Part shown: positions 48,628-60,522 of the stretch, in pieces
How the letters are laid out: the number at the start of each line of letters is the position of its first letter
Numbering within the stretch: the first letter of the stretch is position 1
Source: Zootoca vivipara
Lineage: Eukaryota
Reading direction: 5' to 3'
Length of the DNA: 64,000 bases
NCBI RefSeq assembly: GCF_963506605.1
Contig: NC_083279.1
Location: forward strand, 41,044,001 to 41,108,000
Notes under the pieces: model-generated
The model's database searches: none
What the model was told of the DNA's origin: nothing
The model's input: the letters and a program-made list of their open reading frames with translations, nothing else
Position numbers and translations under genes: made by a program

Positions 48628-49445
48628 TGTGTGTGACTTTTGGCTGAGTTTTGTTGAGCTTCAACACAGGTGGTGATTGTTGAGAATAAAGTGGATGATC
48701 AGATGGATCGGAAGGTTTTGGAACAGAGGGACACTTATTTTGTGGTGCCAGTGTCATTTTTGGAAGTTAAAAGCATTTTTAATGTACTCTGTTAGATGCA
48801 AAAGTAGAAAAGTGGGTTCTACATGAAGGAAGGTATTATTTTGTCCATCAATAAATGTTTTTCACACTTTTACACTGAAAGAGTGGCAGATACAAATTTA
48901 TCTCTTGAGAGTTTTGATGGGTATTGCACTCTTCAGAGTGGTTTGTACAGGGCAGGGAGGACAGACTTGGAATGCTGTGAGGTTTGTGAGTGGAGAAAAC
49001 AGTTTATCGTTATCTACTGTACGGGACTGTTTGCAGGATATGAAAGACAGAGGACTTCTCCTTCACAGTTTTTTGTGATTTGAGTGTTACAAATTGCTCT
49101 GTGGGTCCTTATCTCTTGGACAAGACTCCCTGGAGTTCAGTGCTGGAGGGTTTATGGATCACAGCTCTACTGTGACTGAAATGTGATTGCATTGTTGCCA
49201 GTTGGTGGTGGTTTTAGGGTTTTGCTATGCCATTAAACTCTGAGAAGAAGAAGAATCTTTCATTTCCCCACCAGAAATGAAGTCATGACAAATTATCTGA
49301 GGTAAATAGACAGCAGTTTTATTTGCTTAACAAGATCTGCAAATAGGTTAGCTAGAACAGTACATCTTGATTCGCTAAGTACTGCAGACCCCCTGTTTTT
49401 CAAAAGCCAAGCCATGGACTCACTACTCTATATATCTCTATAGTC

Positions 49446-49702
49446 CATGGGTAGGCAAACTAGGGGCCGGGGGCCGGATGCGGCCCATCACCTTCTAAAT
49501 TCGGCCCACGAACAGTCTGGGAATCAGTGTGTTGTTTACATGAGTAGAATGTGTCCTTTTTTTTTTTTTGAAATGCACCTCTGGGTTATTTGTGGAGCAT
49601 AGGAATTTGTTCATTTTTTTCTTTTCAAAATATAGTCTGGCCCCCCACAAGATCTGAGGGACAGTGGACCGGCCTCCTGCTGGAAAAGCTTGCTGAGCCC
49701 TG
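49446..49702. mobile_element. hAT MITE resembling OposCharlie1 (OC1) non-autonomous elements
   Basis: CATGGGTAGGCAAAC...GTTTACATGAG...ATAGGAATTTGTTCA...TCTGAGGGACAGTGG...TTGCTGAGCCCTG; TSD CTATAGTC/CTATAGTT. Confidence 0.85.
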
Positions 49703-49875
49703 CTATAGTTGTTTTTGTAATGTGAATGGTGCCAAAGATCCCCTGAGCCACCGGTAGAAGCTAAAAACCCTTCAGTGTACTTCAGGTGAGCACTCAATAA
49801 TCTCTCTCCTGTTGCCAACCTAGAGTAGGCAATGCCCCAAACAGCAGACCAGTCAGCTGACCAATACTGCTTGTC

Positions 49876-50045
49876 TTGCGTGTTCAGACCCAGAAACCTC
49901 TCTCCTAAATAAATTCACACATGACTCAAAATTTTGGTTTGGTTTTTGGCAGACTTTAGGCCACAACTTTATTGATTACAGAAAGTGAGTGGTTGCATAG
50001 GCTCTGGTTCGACTAGCTCCCTGCACCCTAGCAGGTAGCACTGAC
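49876..50045 (-). mobile_element. Terminal fragment of the family at 54807-55628 (DIRS/Ngaro-like)
   Basis: Same TTGCGTGT boundary; GGTTTTTGGCA...GGCCACAACTTTATT...GTGAGTGGTTGC shared. Confidence 0.6.
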
Positions 50046-50046
50046 C

Positions 50047-50239
50047 CAGGGCACCAGCACAGCGGGAAGGTAAACGGTGTTTCCATGTGCTGCTCTGGTT
50101 TGCCAGAAGCGGCTTTGTCATGCTGGCCACATGACCTGGAAGCTATACGCCGGCTCCCTCGGCCAATAATGCGAGATGAGCGCGCAACCCCAGAGTCGGT
50201 CACGACTGGACCTAATGGTCAGGGGTCCCTTTACCTTTA
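50047..50239 (+). mobile_element. Sauria SINE, 5'-truncated
   Basis: Reverse complement of about 9774-9960; ends GGGGTCCCTTTACCTTTA. Confidence 0.92.
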
Positions 50240-51019
50240 ATGGAAACATGTGAATAGGGTTGGGAGGATTTTTGTTAAGTGCTAGCTTGTTTCTGTGTAG
50301 CTGATTTCAATGAGTTTTAGGGAAGTCAAAGCCTACAATGTATCTGGCACAAGCAAACACAGACCAGTAATTATTGGAACTCATTCAAGGCTGAATATAT
50401 GTCAGCTACCAAGAGCTAATTATCTTCACAATTCCCAAAAATGGGAAATGGATTACCAGTAGGCATCAAATGAAGTAGGTAATGAATTTAGCAATGTGCA
50501 GACTATATGATTTGAATTAGGTAGGTAGGTAGGTAGGTAGGTAGGAAGGAAGGAAGGATTGTCAATATTAAATTTATGAGAAATGTATGTAATATGAAAA
50601 ATGAAAAAAGAAACATAAGGTGAATTCAGGAGAAACATCGTATCTACTTTCCTTTATGGAAGAAAAGGCTAAAACTGATTAACTTTTTGCATAAATAAAA
50701 ATCTGGAGCTCATGCTAACTCATGATAGATGGTGCCTTTTGTACTTGATTTTCAGATGTAAGCAAGGGAGATCAGGAATCATAACCTGGATGGCTCCCAA
50801 GAATCTCTTTCTCCCCACAATCCTCAGCACATTCTACTATCCCTGATCTGATGATTTATTCATTTTTACACAGCTAGTCCAGAGGCTCAGTGTGGTGAAT
50901 AGTTTGCTTCAAAAAAGGAGGTGGTGGTGGAAGGAGGAACTTTTACAAAGTATAATTATGAAAGTGAAATTATAGTTCAGCACTGATTATTCCTGCACTT
51001 TCTTGTGCCCCATGCTATT

Positions 51020-51640
51020 AAGAGCTGCATGAAACTGCTGGGTAGTCTGCAGACCTGGACTGAGTTGTTAGCACTATGCAGATGATGCCTGGCTCTATTT
51101 CTCCTTTATATCATAACTAGTGTGGCATGGGCTATGTTGAACAGGTGCCTGGAATCAATAACTGGATAGACGAAGGCCCATTGCCCCATCTGGTTAAGAC
51201 TGAAGGACTTTTTGTAGGCAGTTCAGTCAAGAGCTGCTAGAGGGGTGGGTGGGTGAGTGGCACTGTGAGCCTGGTCTCCCGTCAGCAGCATCACTTTAGT
51301 GGATGGGGAAGGTAGCTGAAGAGCACCAGCAAAACCAATTTGAGCTCTCACCAGTACAGCCAAACCTGCCTGACATCGCCACCGCCCTGCCCCAGCATGT
51401 AGTGGTGATATTGCTTCTGGAAGGGCAGGTCCATGGTCCTGTCCCTCCAAACTGGCTTTGCATGAGTTCAGTGATTCAGACAAAACCTTTTTCGAACTTG
51501 TACTTCCCTATAAGTTGCAGCACGGGGTGTCTTTACTTTGGATGCTATGATAGTATCCAAAAAGGCATCCTTCATCAGCTGAGATTGCGTACTAACTGCA
51601 GTCCCTCTGGTCAGATACAACCTTGCCACAATATCCCATG
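51020..51640 (+). mobile_element. Ancient L2 LINE reverse-transcriptase remnant
   Basis: CACTATGCAGATGATGCCTGGCTCTATTTCTCCTTT encodes HYADDAWLYFSF (YADD motif), followed by CL..I..W-like sequence; heavily disrupted. Confidence 0.65.
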
Positions 51641-52956
51641 CTGAGTGGACAGACAATTTGCCTTGAAACTGCTGGTAAATTTTGCATTTATTTCAGTTCT
51701 AGCTCATTAAATAATATGTGTTCTTACAGGGCATGATCTTCAACGATCAACATAGATTCATGTACATTTGGAACACAGGTGCCTGGTTTTGTATTTGTCA
51801 GATGCAGTTCAGCACTTGATAAGCTGCTTAACCAGCCCCCTTTCACCTTGTTTGTCTTGATACTGAGCAGCATGAATTATAGAGACAAAATTTTAATGTG
51901 TATCTTGTTATTCCTATAATGACATGTTCATTGGTGGACATACTTGGCTGATCATCTAGTGCAGGAACAATGGCACCGAGTTGGCTGATTAGAAGGGATG
52001 TTGGTTAGCATCCTTCTGTTGGGGGAGACAATGGAAGAGTTTACTATTTTGGGTTAGAACTGTATATAACTACAGTTCTTCTATGAAAATAAGATGAGCC
52101 AGGAAGGCCCTTCTGCAAAGGAAGGTCCAAAAAAGTGGGTGCTGAAGTTATGCAGATTCCGACTTCAAATAAGGAGCTGTTTCCAGCATCAAATTTAATA
52201 AAACACAGAAACTGTATGTCAAAGGGAATACAAAAACCACAGTTGTTTAGAGCATTTAGATCCAGATGGGGGATCATTTTTTAAAAAGCTTTCTTGAATC
52301 CAAGTGGAATAAATTGCAGAGGAGCGGCTAAATTATCCCATGCCCCTTCTGGCCATAAAGACTATAAAACTGAAATGCTGCAAATGAGACAGAGATTATC
52401 CCTTGAGTGCTTGTTTCATTGGCACAGGGAGGTCAGTACTATGGGGTCGATCTGGCACAGGCCTGTCCTATGCTATTCCTACAAAACAGAGTATGCTAGT
52501 GAGGAAGATAAATATTCTAGAGGAGAAGGGTGTGCTTTGGCAAATGTATATGTTGACTATGATCAACTGCCTTATAACACCTAGGAGACCAACATGCATA
52601 TTCAAAAATCCCTAAGGCTGTTGAGAAGGGTACTCAGAATTAGGGCCAGGCAGTGAATCAAAGAGCTGTAGCTGGCAGTTTTCATTCTTTGCTGAGCCAT
52701 GCACAAGCCAGTTGCAGCAGAGAATTGATTTTTCTGCACATTCTAAGCTGGAAAAAAGTTAATAATCCAAAGAGGTTTTGGATATTGGACTTGCCCAACA
52801 GCAGATGCCACTTAAATCTAGTGAAAGTTTGCAAAAGCATGCAAAGCAAGGCTATCTGCAAAAAAACAAAACCATTTATTACAATTTACAAGCTCCATCC
52901 ATGATTCTCAGGTGCCTGAGGCCCCATTTCCTTCCACCTGCCTATCTTACTGGTGT

Positions 52957-53343
52957 TGTTATGTACTGAGCTGAATCATAGAACAATAGGATCCAGAATC
53001 AGCAGTCTGTTGGTCCGCAGGAGCCACCCAATCCAACTCCAGGTGGAAGTGAATCCACAACCTGATTGGCCTGCAGGAGCAGCCAATCAGGCGGCTGGCA
53101 GAAGTGAATCTGCAACCTGATTGGCCTGCAGGAGCAGCCAATCAGGCTGCTGGCAGAAGTCAATCCACAAACTGATTGGCCCACAGGTGTAGCCCTGAAG
53201 TAGCCAATCACGCAAAGGCCATTGTGTAAATAATGTATATAAGCAGATGGTTTGGGGAAAAGAGCATTCTTCTCTTCTTCTCCTTGATGACTATGAGCTG
53301 AATAAAGAGCATGAAATTCACTCTCGACTCCGAGTATATTTCA
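52957..53343 (+). mobile_element. Solo LTR, 387 bp
   Basis: TG...CA termini; perfect 5-bp TSD GGTGT (52952-52956, 53344-53348); TATATAAG at 53236; AATAAA at 53301; 55-bp U3 tandem repeats with CCAAT boxes. Confidence 0.9.
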
Positions 53344-53964
53344 GGTGTGTTTAACAGGAGGTCCCTTCCTATATCTTCCAGATCTCTATGTCTTTGCTCC
53401 CAGAGAAATGTTTGAAGTAATATAGAATCAGGGTGGTCAATCTTACTAACAGTAACTGAAGAGCAAATGACTGCTTTTAGTGATTCGGGATACTGATTGT
53501 TAATTATCTTGCATGCATTTCATAGACTCAAGACTTTTTATTACCTGTTTAGTTTCATTCATATTGAGTCTTACAGTAGATGAGCATGCACAAGGGGAAG
53601 CTTTTTACTGACTTTCTTGCTTATTCAGAAGGTAGAAGTATCATGTGTTGATCCTCTGTCTCTGTGATGACAATGAGCATCTTAGCTGAGTCAAAGGATT
53701 GGGTTGCCTATTTGGTTCAGCATGTCTTGGTGTTTTGGTCGAAATTGGCTCTGGTGCACATGCAGAATGCCACATGACAAATGATCAATATCGATGTAAA
53801 AAGAGCATTTCTTGTCACACAGAAGGTACCGGTAATGGTGAACTTTACATTGGAACAGAGACCTGCCTTACATTGCTCTACCACTAAACTACACCCCTTG
53901 ATCAATTTCCTAGTCCTCAGGTTCTGAATAAACTAAGAGCTGATTGAAACAGGAAGTTGCCTTA

Positions 53965-54080
53965 CATGGCACTGATTGTCAGAGGCTTTTCTGACTTCCC
54001 AGCTCTACTTGGAGAAGTGTGGATAAACCCAGAAAACTTTTTACATGCAAACCATAATGTGCTGTACCACTGGTGCTAGA
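53965..54080 (-). mobile_element. Degenerate tRNA-derived SINE (Squam3-like)
   Basis: Minus strand TAGCACCAGTGGTACAGCAC...TTTGCATG...CTCCAAGTAGAGCTGGGAAG. Confidence 0.55.
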
Positions 54081-54806
54081 TTTTTAATTATGCCCACCTT
54101 TTCACCCAACAAATTGTTAGATTGCCCCCCCCCCCATATTCTGTAAGTGAGAAGATGATAGTACCGGTAGTAGTAGTAGTGGTAATTTGTATAAAGGTGG
54201 AGGGATAAATTCCTAAACAAACTGGCTGATTTTTAAAATCAGGCTTCCCAGTGTATTTTGTTGTTCATAAATACTTCCAGATTTCAGCTGGTTAGCAAAG
54301 GCAGCCTGCCATGAATAGAACTTCTGTTAAACACAATGGGTAACTCGTTTTAGTTGCAAGTTCTAAACTTAAGATGTCATAAGATCTCACAGCTGCAGGA
54401 AATGCTTTCTTGAAAAGACCCATTTTTGGATTGCTGAACTTCACATCTTTTTTCTTAAACAAACCTTAAAATTGCTGCTATATTTTTGGCTCAGTGGTCT
54501 CGCAGAGATAAAAGAAGTTGTTTTTCTTGTAGTTTGAAATAATTATCTCTATGTATACTTATTCAGAGCATTTGATTTTCTTCATCTTAAAATACCCATT
54601 TTAGATATCCAAACTTATCTCAGGATTTTACTAAAATACTAATATTAAAGACTCCCCACAATTTGCTATATGCTAGTTTTTATGTAAGTAAGATGCAATG
54701 TCATCACTAATATATTGGACAAGGTCCATCCAAAGTTCAACACTTTTAAATCCAATTCCTTTAATGGGACAATTAACAAGTCCTTATCTTTTCTCATTGA
54801 AATGGC

Positions 54807-55628
54807 TTGCGTGTAGAGGTCCCCAGTACACCCCCCAATAAATCACACTTCACACAGAAATTAAGTTTAAGGTTTTTGGCATAATTTTGGCCACAACTTT
54901 ATTTAAATACAAAATGTGAGTGGTTGCTTAGGCATTGGTTCCATACATACATCATACATCTGTCTCTAAGACAGAACTAACTGACTTCCCCGCTTCCTGA
55001 AGTCAATGCGGGGAAAGCATTTTGGGGAGAGAATGGAGCCGGAGGGCTGGCCCTTCGCCTCTCCGCCAAATGCTCCCAGGGGCTCTTGTGTGCCTCCCCC
55101 CTTGTCGGGGGTATGGACGAAAGCATGTCGAGCCCCTGGATTCCTTTAACGGAATTCACCCGTGCAGCAACAGCATTGGAGGGGCCGGAACAGCCAATCC
55201 TGGCCCCTCCACCAACCAATTTATTAACCAGTGCCTAACCGCAACCTTACAAGTTGTGACGAATTGCTATGCAATAGGCGAAAACCAAGTGGCACCAGCC
55301 AATCAGCCAAATGGAAACATTCCTACCAGGCCCCTGCCCCAAAAGCAGACGACCCCATGGCAGGCATAGCAAGGTCAAACACAACAGCCTAATTAAAGGG
55401 AGGGTGAGCGGGTGATCTGAAGCTCGCAGCCAAAGAGAAAGCTCACACTGTGAGCAAGGAATATAAAGCCAGTGGACTGTCCCCAATATTGCAACATCCA
55501 AATCTTCCCAAACACTCGCATCCACCAATTGCAGCCCTGGTCATCTAACCGATCCCACCCAACAGGAGGGAGGGTGTCCTGATAGCCCCCACCACAACCT
55601 AGGCTCTCCATGAAGGGGAACCCGCTAT
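54807..55628 (-). mobile_element. About 820-bp GC/CpG-rich LTR-like segment, probably a DIRS/Ngaro-type terminal repeat
   Basis: Sharp compositional boundary; minus-strand AATAAAGTTGTGGCC near the end and terminal ACACGCAA; no TG..CA/TSD pair; related copy at 49876. Confidence 0.55.
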
Positions 55629-55635
55629 CTAAAAG

Positions 55636-56213
55636 TAGGGATGGGACAAAAATATCCCTCTTGAATGTAAGAACATAAGAAGAGCCTGCAGGATTAGATC
55701 AATGACCCATCTAGTCCAGCATTCTGTTATCGAAGTGGCCAACCAGATGTCTATGGGAAGCCCACAAGGAGGACCTAAGTATGAGGTCACTCTCCCCGTC
55801 TGCAGTTTCCAGCAACCGATATTCAGAAGCACATTGCCTCTAACCTTCCTGAAACAATGTGCAAAGCCAAATGCAGCTAGCCTTTGAAATCTACACTTTT
55901 CCAAGTCTGGCAGTGCAGTTCTTTGATCAAAAATGTGTAATAAAATGCATATTTTAGGGGTAAGTGCATTAAAATGCACATATTACTGAACTAACATGTG
56001 AAATGTGTTAGGAAAATGCTTGTAAAATGCTTATATTAGGCAAAACTGCATTAAAATGTGTATAATGGGAGGCAGAAACACTAAAATACCCTACTGGCTT
56101 TCTTGCATTTTTTTTAATACTGCAAACTGATGCACAAATGCAGTGAACCAAACTTAAAATTGAAAGAATGCAAAATTGAGTGAAACTGAAATCAACAGAT
56201 GGGTCCATCCCTA
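55636..56213. mobile_element. hAT-like non-autonomous element with TAGGGATGG TIR and a nested CR1 tail
   Basis: TAGGGATGG...CCATCCCTA; flanks TCTAAAAG / CCTAGAAG (6/8). Confidence 0.7.
55667..55842 (-). mobile_element. CR1 3' UTR nested in a MITE
   Basis: GTAAGAACATAAGAAGAGCCTGC...CCCATCTAGTCCAGCATTCTG. Confidence 0.8.
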
Positions 56214-57878
56214 CCTAGAAGTGATGCATTTTGTTGGCATAAGTCTGTTCACATTCACTCATTGCACACTGAGCACAGTCCTTCAAGGACCTCTTTAATT
56301 CAAGATCCATTGAAGACAATAAGGTTTGTGTAAATTCAGGCTCTTTGGCGTATTTCATTCATTGCAATGTGATGTGCAAACATGCCTACTGGACTGTGAT
56401 ACTTCGATGTGGAATCGGTAAAGGAATAATGCCTGGATATTACAAAAATGCTTATATATTTGAATCTTTGAACTCTTGTGCATTGAATTGCACAAATTAT
56501 TACCATTTCTGTAACATTTAATGCTCTTGGCAATTTGCAGGGAGTTCTAGTCCTGAAAGTAAAGCATCAAGGACTGGTAGGTTGCATTATTTATTAAGCA
56601 GTGTGCTTCTATATTCATTTTTAAGAAGTGTCCTTGAGAATAATTCTCCCCCCCCTTCACACACTTAACTGTCACTCTTTTCAAGACAGAGATAATCACA
56701 TTTACTTATAATAAAGGTGCAGAGAGAATCAGATGTGCCTCCAACAGATTATACCTGAACCATAGTTTCTTCTAAACTTTTACATGTGTAGCCTCTTCAG
56801 CATAAAGTCTTGTCTTTTGCTTTTATTTGGCAGCAAATAAATGAATCATCTGCAGACAAAACCTTGGCATTCTTGAAATTAGTTGCTAATAATAAGTTTC
56901 TCATTTCTGAGAAAAATAATTGAAATACACTTGTTATAAATTAAACTGTAATTACATTTTCATTGTAATGGGAATCATGACAGCTTCCTGGAGATATAAT
57001 TTCAATCACTAATTTCAGTTTTAATAAACTATATGCTATGGAGGGACCAACTATTGCTTTGATAGAAAGGAAGTTAGAATTGGGGGGGGGGTAACATTAA
57101 TATAACTTACTTTCAAGTTTTTGTTGAAATGATACACGTAGACAATGCTATGCACTGCATTTTCTTGAGTGTAGTTTCATAAATTACAAATTCTGTTTTG
57201 AGCATGTTTCAGGAAGAAGCGTTTGCTGGCTGGAGCAGAACCACTATGTTCGCATGCCTGTAGGTGGGTCACTGTTGCTGACCAGGGGGAATAACAGGAG
57301 TGGGGAGGTAGTGGCACTTAGCTCCATGGGTGAGTTTGCACCATGTATCAGTCTCCCTCCTTCCGGGTTTGTCTCTTTCAAAGGTCTGAAGTTGAGCAGC
57401 AAGGGGTTTGTGGTGACCTGAAGACATCAGCTGAGATTCCCCTCTTGCTAATTTTCTGCTGGGCCACTTGGTGGGGGATAGAAAAGCCTTGAACATCTCC
57501 TACCCTTACTGATCAAACTGCTTGGCAAGAAAGTAGAATCCTGCATTCTGAGATAAAACCAAAAGATTCGTGTATACAAGAATCATAATCAGCCTCTTAT
57601 CCCAGTTTTGTCCATGGAGCACCACCAGTGGCCATGGAGCAGTGGCCATGGAGCTTTCTGCATCATCTGTGGATCTCCCTCTCCATCTGCAAAAAAAAGA
57701 GGCCATGGATCCTGCAGTCGCTCAGCCACCATTCCAGGGGAAATAGTCTTTCTCCATAAATTGCATATAAATTGGTGTTAAATCAGATTAATTGGTCCTA
57801 GGAGTTAACTTAGGGATTCACATGGAATCTCTGCAACACTGCCTGAAATTTATCCCAGATCTCTTGAATTCCAGATAA

Positions 57879-57972
57879 GCATTTTGTGAAAAGAAGTAGT
57901 TTCTTGAGCAACATTTTACTGTGCTGCATTTTGTGAAAAGAAGTAGTTTCTTGAGCAACATTTTACTGTGCT
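57879..57972. repeat. Perfect 47-bp tandem duplication
   Basis: GCATTTTGTGAAAAGAAGTAGTTTCTTGAGCAACATTTTACTGTGCT x2. Confidence 0.97.
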
Positions 57973-58706
57973 ATGATACACTTTCTTTTTCAAACATGTG
58001 GGCTAAACTATATAGTCATTAGTCAATCACAAGAGGGACACAAAATATTATGGAGGTCTTATGTGTTCCAGTAAGAGGAAATCCTTTTATCTTGAATGGT
58101 TTGATATATGTTGTGGGACTTTGCAGTAAGTACTAAGTAATTTTATTGTGAAATTTCATTTGCATAAAGTAGCTTTACACTTCAAGAAGCAAGAACCTTA
58201 TGTTGACTTTTACTAGAATAGTATTAGGTTTATGACCGGCAGACATCTTTCCATCTGTTGAGTTACATAACTTTCCATCTGTAGAACAAAGGCAATAATG
58301 GACATAAATTAGGGAATTGTAATTAATCCAGTGTCCATAATCTTGCCACACAAGTTTATGAGGGAATGAAAAACCAGCACATGTTGCTATAGCAAAATGA
58401 GCATCAAAATATACTCTTCATGGGTTTGGAAATTAACATTTTTCAAGCATCACCAGATTTAATCTGGAGAATGAATCAACAAGTAAAACAGCAACATGAA
58501 AGAAACAGTTGTTTATACTGCATATTGGGAAATGGATTTGGAAAGTCTTCCAAAACTTTTAATAACTAATTTTTAATAGTAAATTTGAACAGTAATTTAA
58601 CTACTAACTAAACTTTAATAAAATTAAATGGAGTCTCCAAAGTGGTAGCTACCAAGTCTCCTCCCTCCAAGTTTTTAAATGAAGTTGTGGGTTTGAGGAT
58701 ATTGCT

Positions 58707-58743
<37 letters not shown>

Positions 58744-58776
58744 GTCGTTTAGTCGTGTCCGACTCTTCGTGAGCCT
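58707..58776 (-). mobile_element. Extremely truncated BovB 3' end with expanded (CAA)n tail
   Basis: (TTG)n-TTTAGTCGTTTAGTCGTGTCCGACTCTTCGTGA; TSD AGGATATTGCT / AGGATATCGCT (58696-58706, 58777-58787). Confidence 0.88.
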
Positions 58777-60291
58777 AGGATATCGCTAGGCTGGCTATAA
58801 AGTGAAGTGTAGGCATCCAGGTACCCTGTCCTTTCTCAGAGTAAACTCTGGGCCACAATGTAGGGGGCTTTGTCTGCTTGCTTGCTTGTGGTTTTTTGTT
58901 TTTGTTTTGCCTATTATTAAAAGTTCTCAGTTTTCAAACTGATTGGCCTCCCTCCAACAACAACAACTAGCTGAGAAAATGTGGTTCTCTGCCCTTGAGA
59001 AATAACTGCAGCAATCTTTTTTTTGAAATTTACCAGGCTTCATTCACTTTGAAGGGGTGACCATGCCTGTAATGGCTGCAAATTTTATCCACTTATGTGA
59101 AAAGTTATACTGTTTTTAGATTCCCTGTTATAGTTAATGAGGCGAAACAGCTTTGGATTTAACAAATGTGATTTGCACTTGCATAATGAATTGAACTGGA
59201 AGAACACAGAGCAGATCTGAAACAAATCAAGCTGATTCCAAATGCTACACATACAGACACATGCATAACAACTGCACATTTCTGTATACTGTATAGACAT
59301 GTTCTTACCAGTAAGGACAAGCCCATTTTCATTTGTTTAACATTAACATATTGTTTAATTGTACTTGGAAAAACTGACTTGCTTTCCCCAATTCCTTTTT
59401 CAATAAGAAAGGAATCATGCTACATAATCAATGAAAGCAAAATGTCATTTTTTTAATCATGTACAGTAACTAAGTCAGGATTTGGCCTAGTTAACTGGGG
59501 GCAGTGGAAGTGAAATAAAGTCCATGCTCAAGAAGCAAAGATGCATTCTTCAACACTGGGCCATTAACAATTACACTTGAAAGTCTTTAGAAGCTGAAAA
59601 TACAAGCCATCAAACTAAATGAATCATTTTCATTCCACATTAAAGTTTTATACGAGGTAATAGAACAAATTTTCATATTTTGCTTTTCCTGGATTTTTGT
59701 GTGTGTTAATGACTTAATTTGCTATTTAAATATTGAGGTAGGTATAGATGCCAAAGCTGAAAAGAAGGCTGCTGCCCTTTTCTTTTCTCTTATTTATTTT
59801 AGCCTGGAAGCCAGTGACTTGTGCAATTAGGATTAATGATCAAATTAAAAGATATCCCAGCGGATGACTCTCGAGCTAAATTTCCACTGAATGCTGATGA
59901 TTTTTGGTTAGAGCTAGCTGATCCGGAAAACTCAAATAAATCTTCACTTGAAGCAGGCTTTTGAGTTCCATTGTTGTCGTCCGTCCGTCCGTCCCGCCCC
60001 CAGAAGACAAACAGGCTTTAGAATGGGAAAATTTGGCCGGATCTAATAATGCTCTAATCCTGACACCTGATCATAAACATATGAGATACTTTCCAGTAGA
60101 AACCTTAGTGGCTTGATTGCAACATAGCTGTTAAGCTGATAGGAAATGGAATTATCTTCCCATGGGGTTTGCTGGCTCAGCAATATAGAAGTTTTTAGAG
60201 AAGAAACAAAGGCATTTAACTCTGATGGTATAAATTCCACTCATGGATACTGATCTCTGTACCGTTTGGGGTGAATTAGCTTGCTATTATA

Positions 60292-60522
60292 TAGGGTTGC
60301 CATAACTCAAAAAGTTTAATTCCTGAAACCACAAAAATTGTTGCGCTTTTGTGGGGAAGCCTTTCCCCAAATTAGTGATTTTATGCTGCTTTTTCTATCA
60401 CATTGTCACACATCTGGGTTTCTCCTGACATTTTGCTGATTCGGATAAATTCCCCCCTGATGCCATTTTTACACCAGAAATCCAGGACATGTCAGGAATT
60501 TTCCTGATGTATGGCAAACCTA
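60292..60522. mobile_element. TAGGGTTGCCATA-TIR MITE
   Basis: TAGGGTTGCCATA...TATGGCAAACCTA; flanks TATTATA / TAATATA. Confidence 0.7.

Noticed and set aside
59860-59927. C/D snoRNA-like box pattern (GATGA...CTGA...TGATGA...CTGA with CGGA/TCCG ends)
   Set aside because: Box C is non-canonical and I could not match the putative guides to any rRNA or snRNA; a snoscan or Rfam search would be needed
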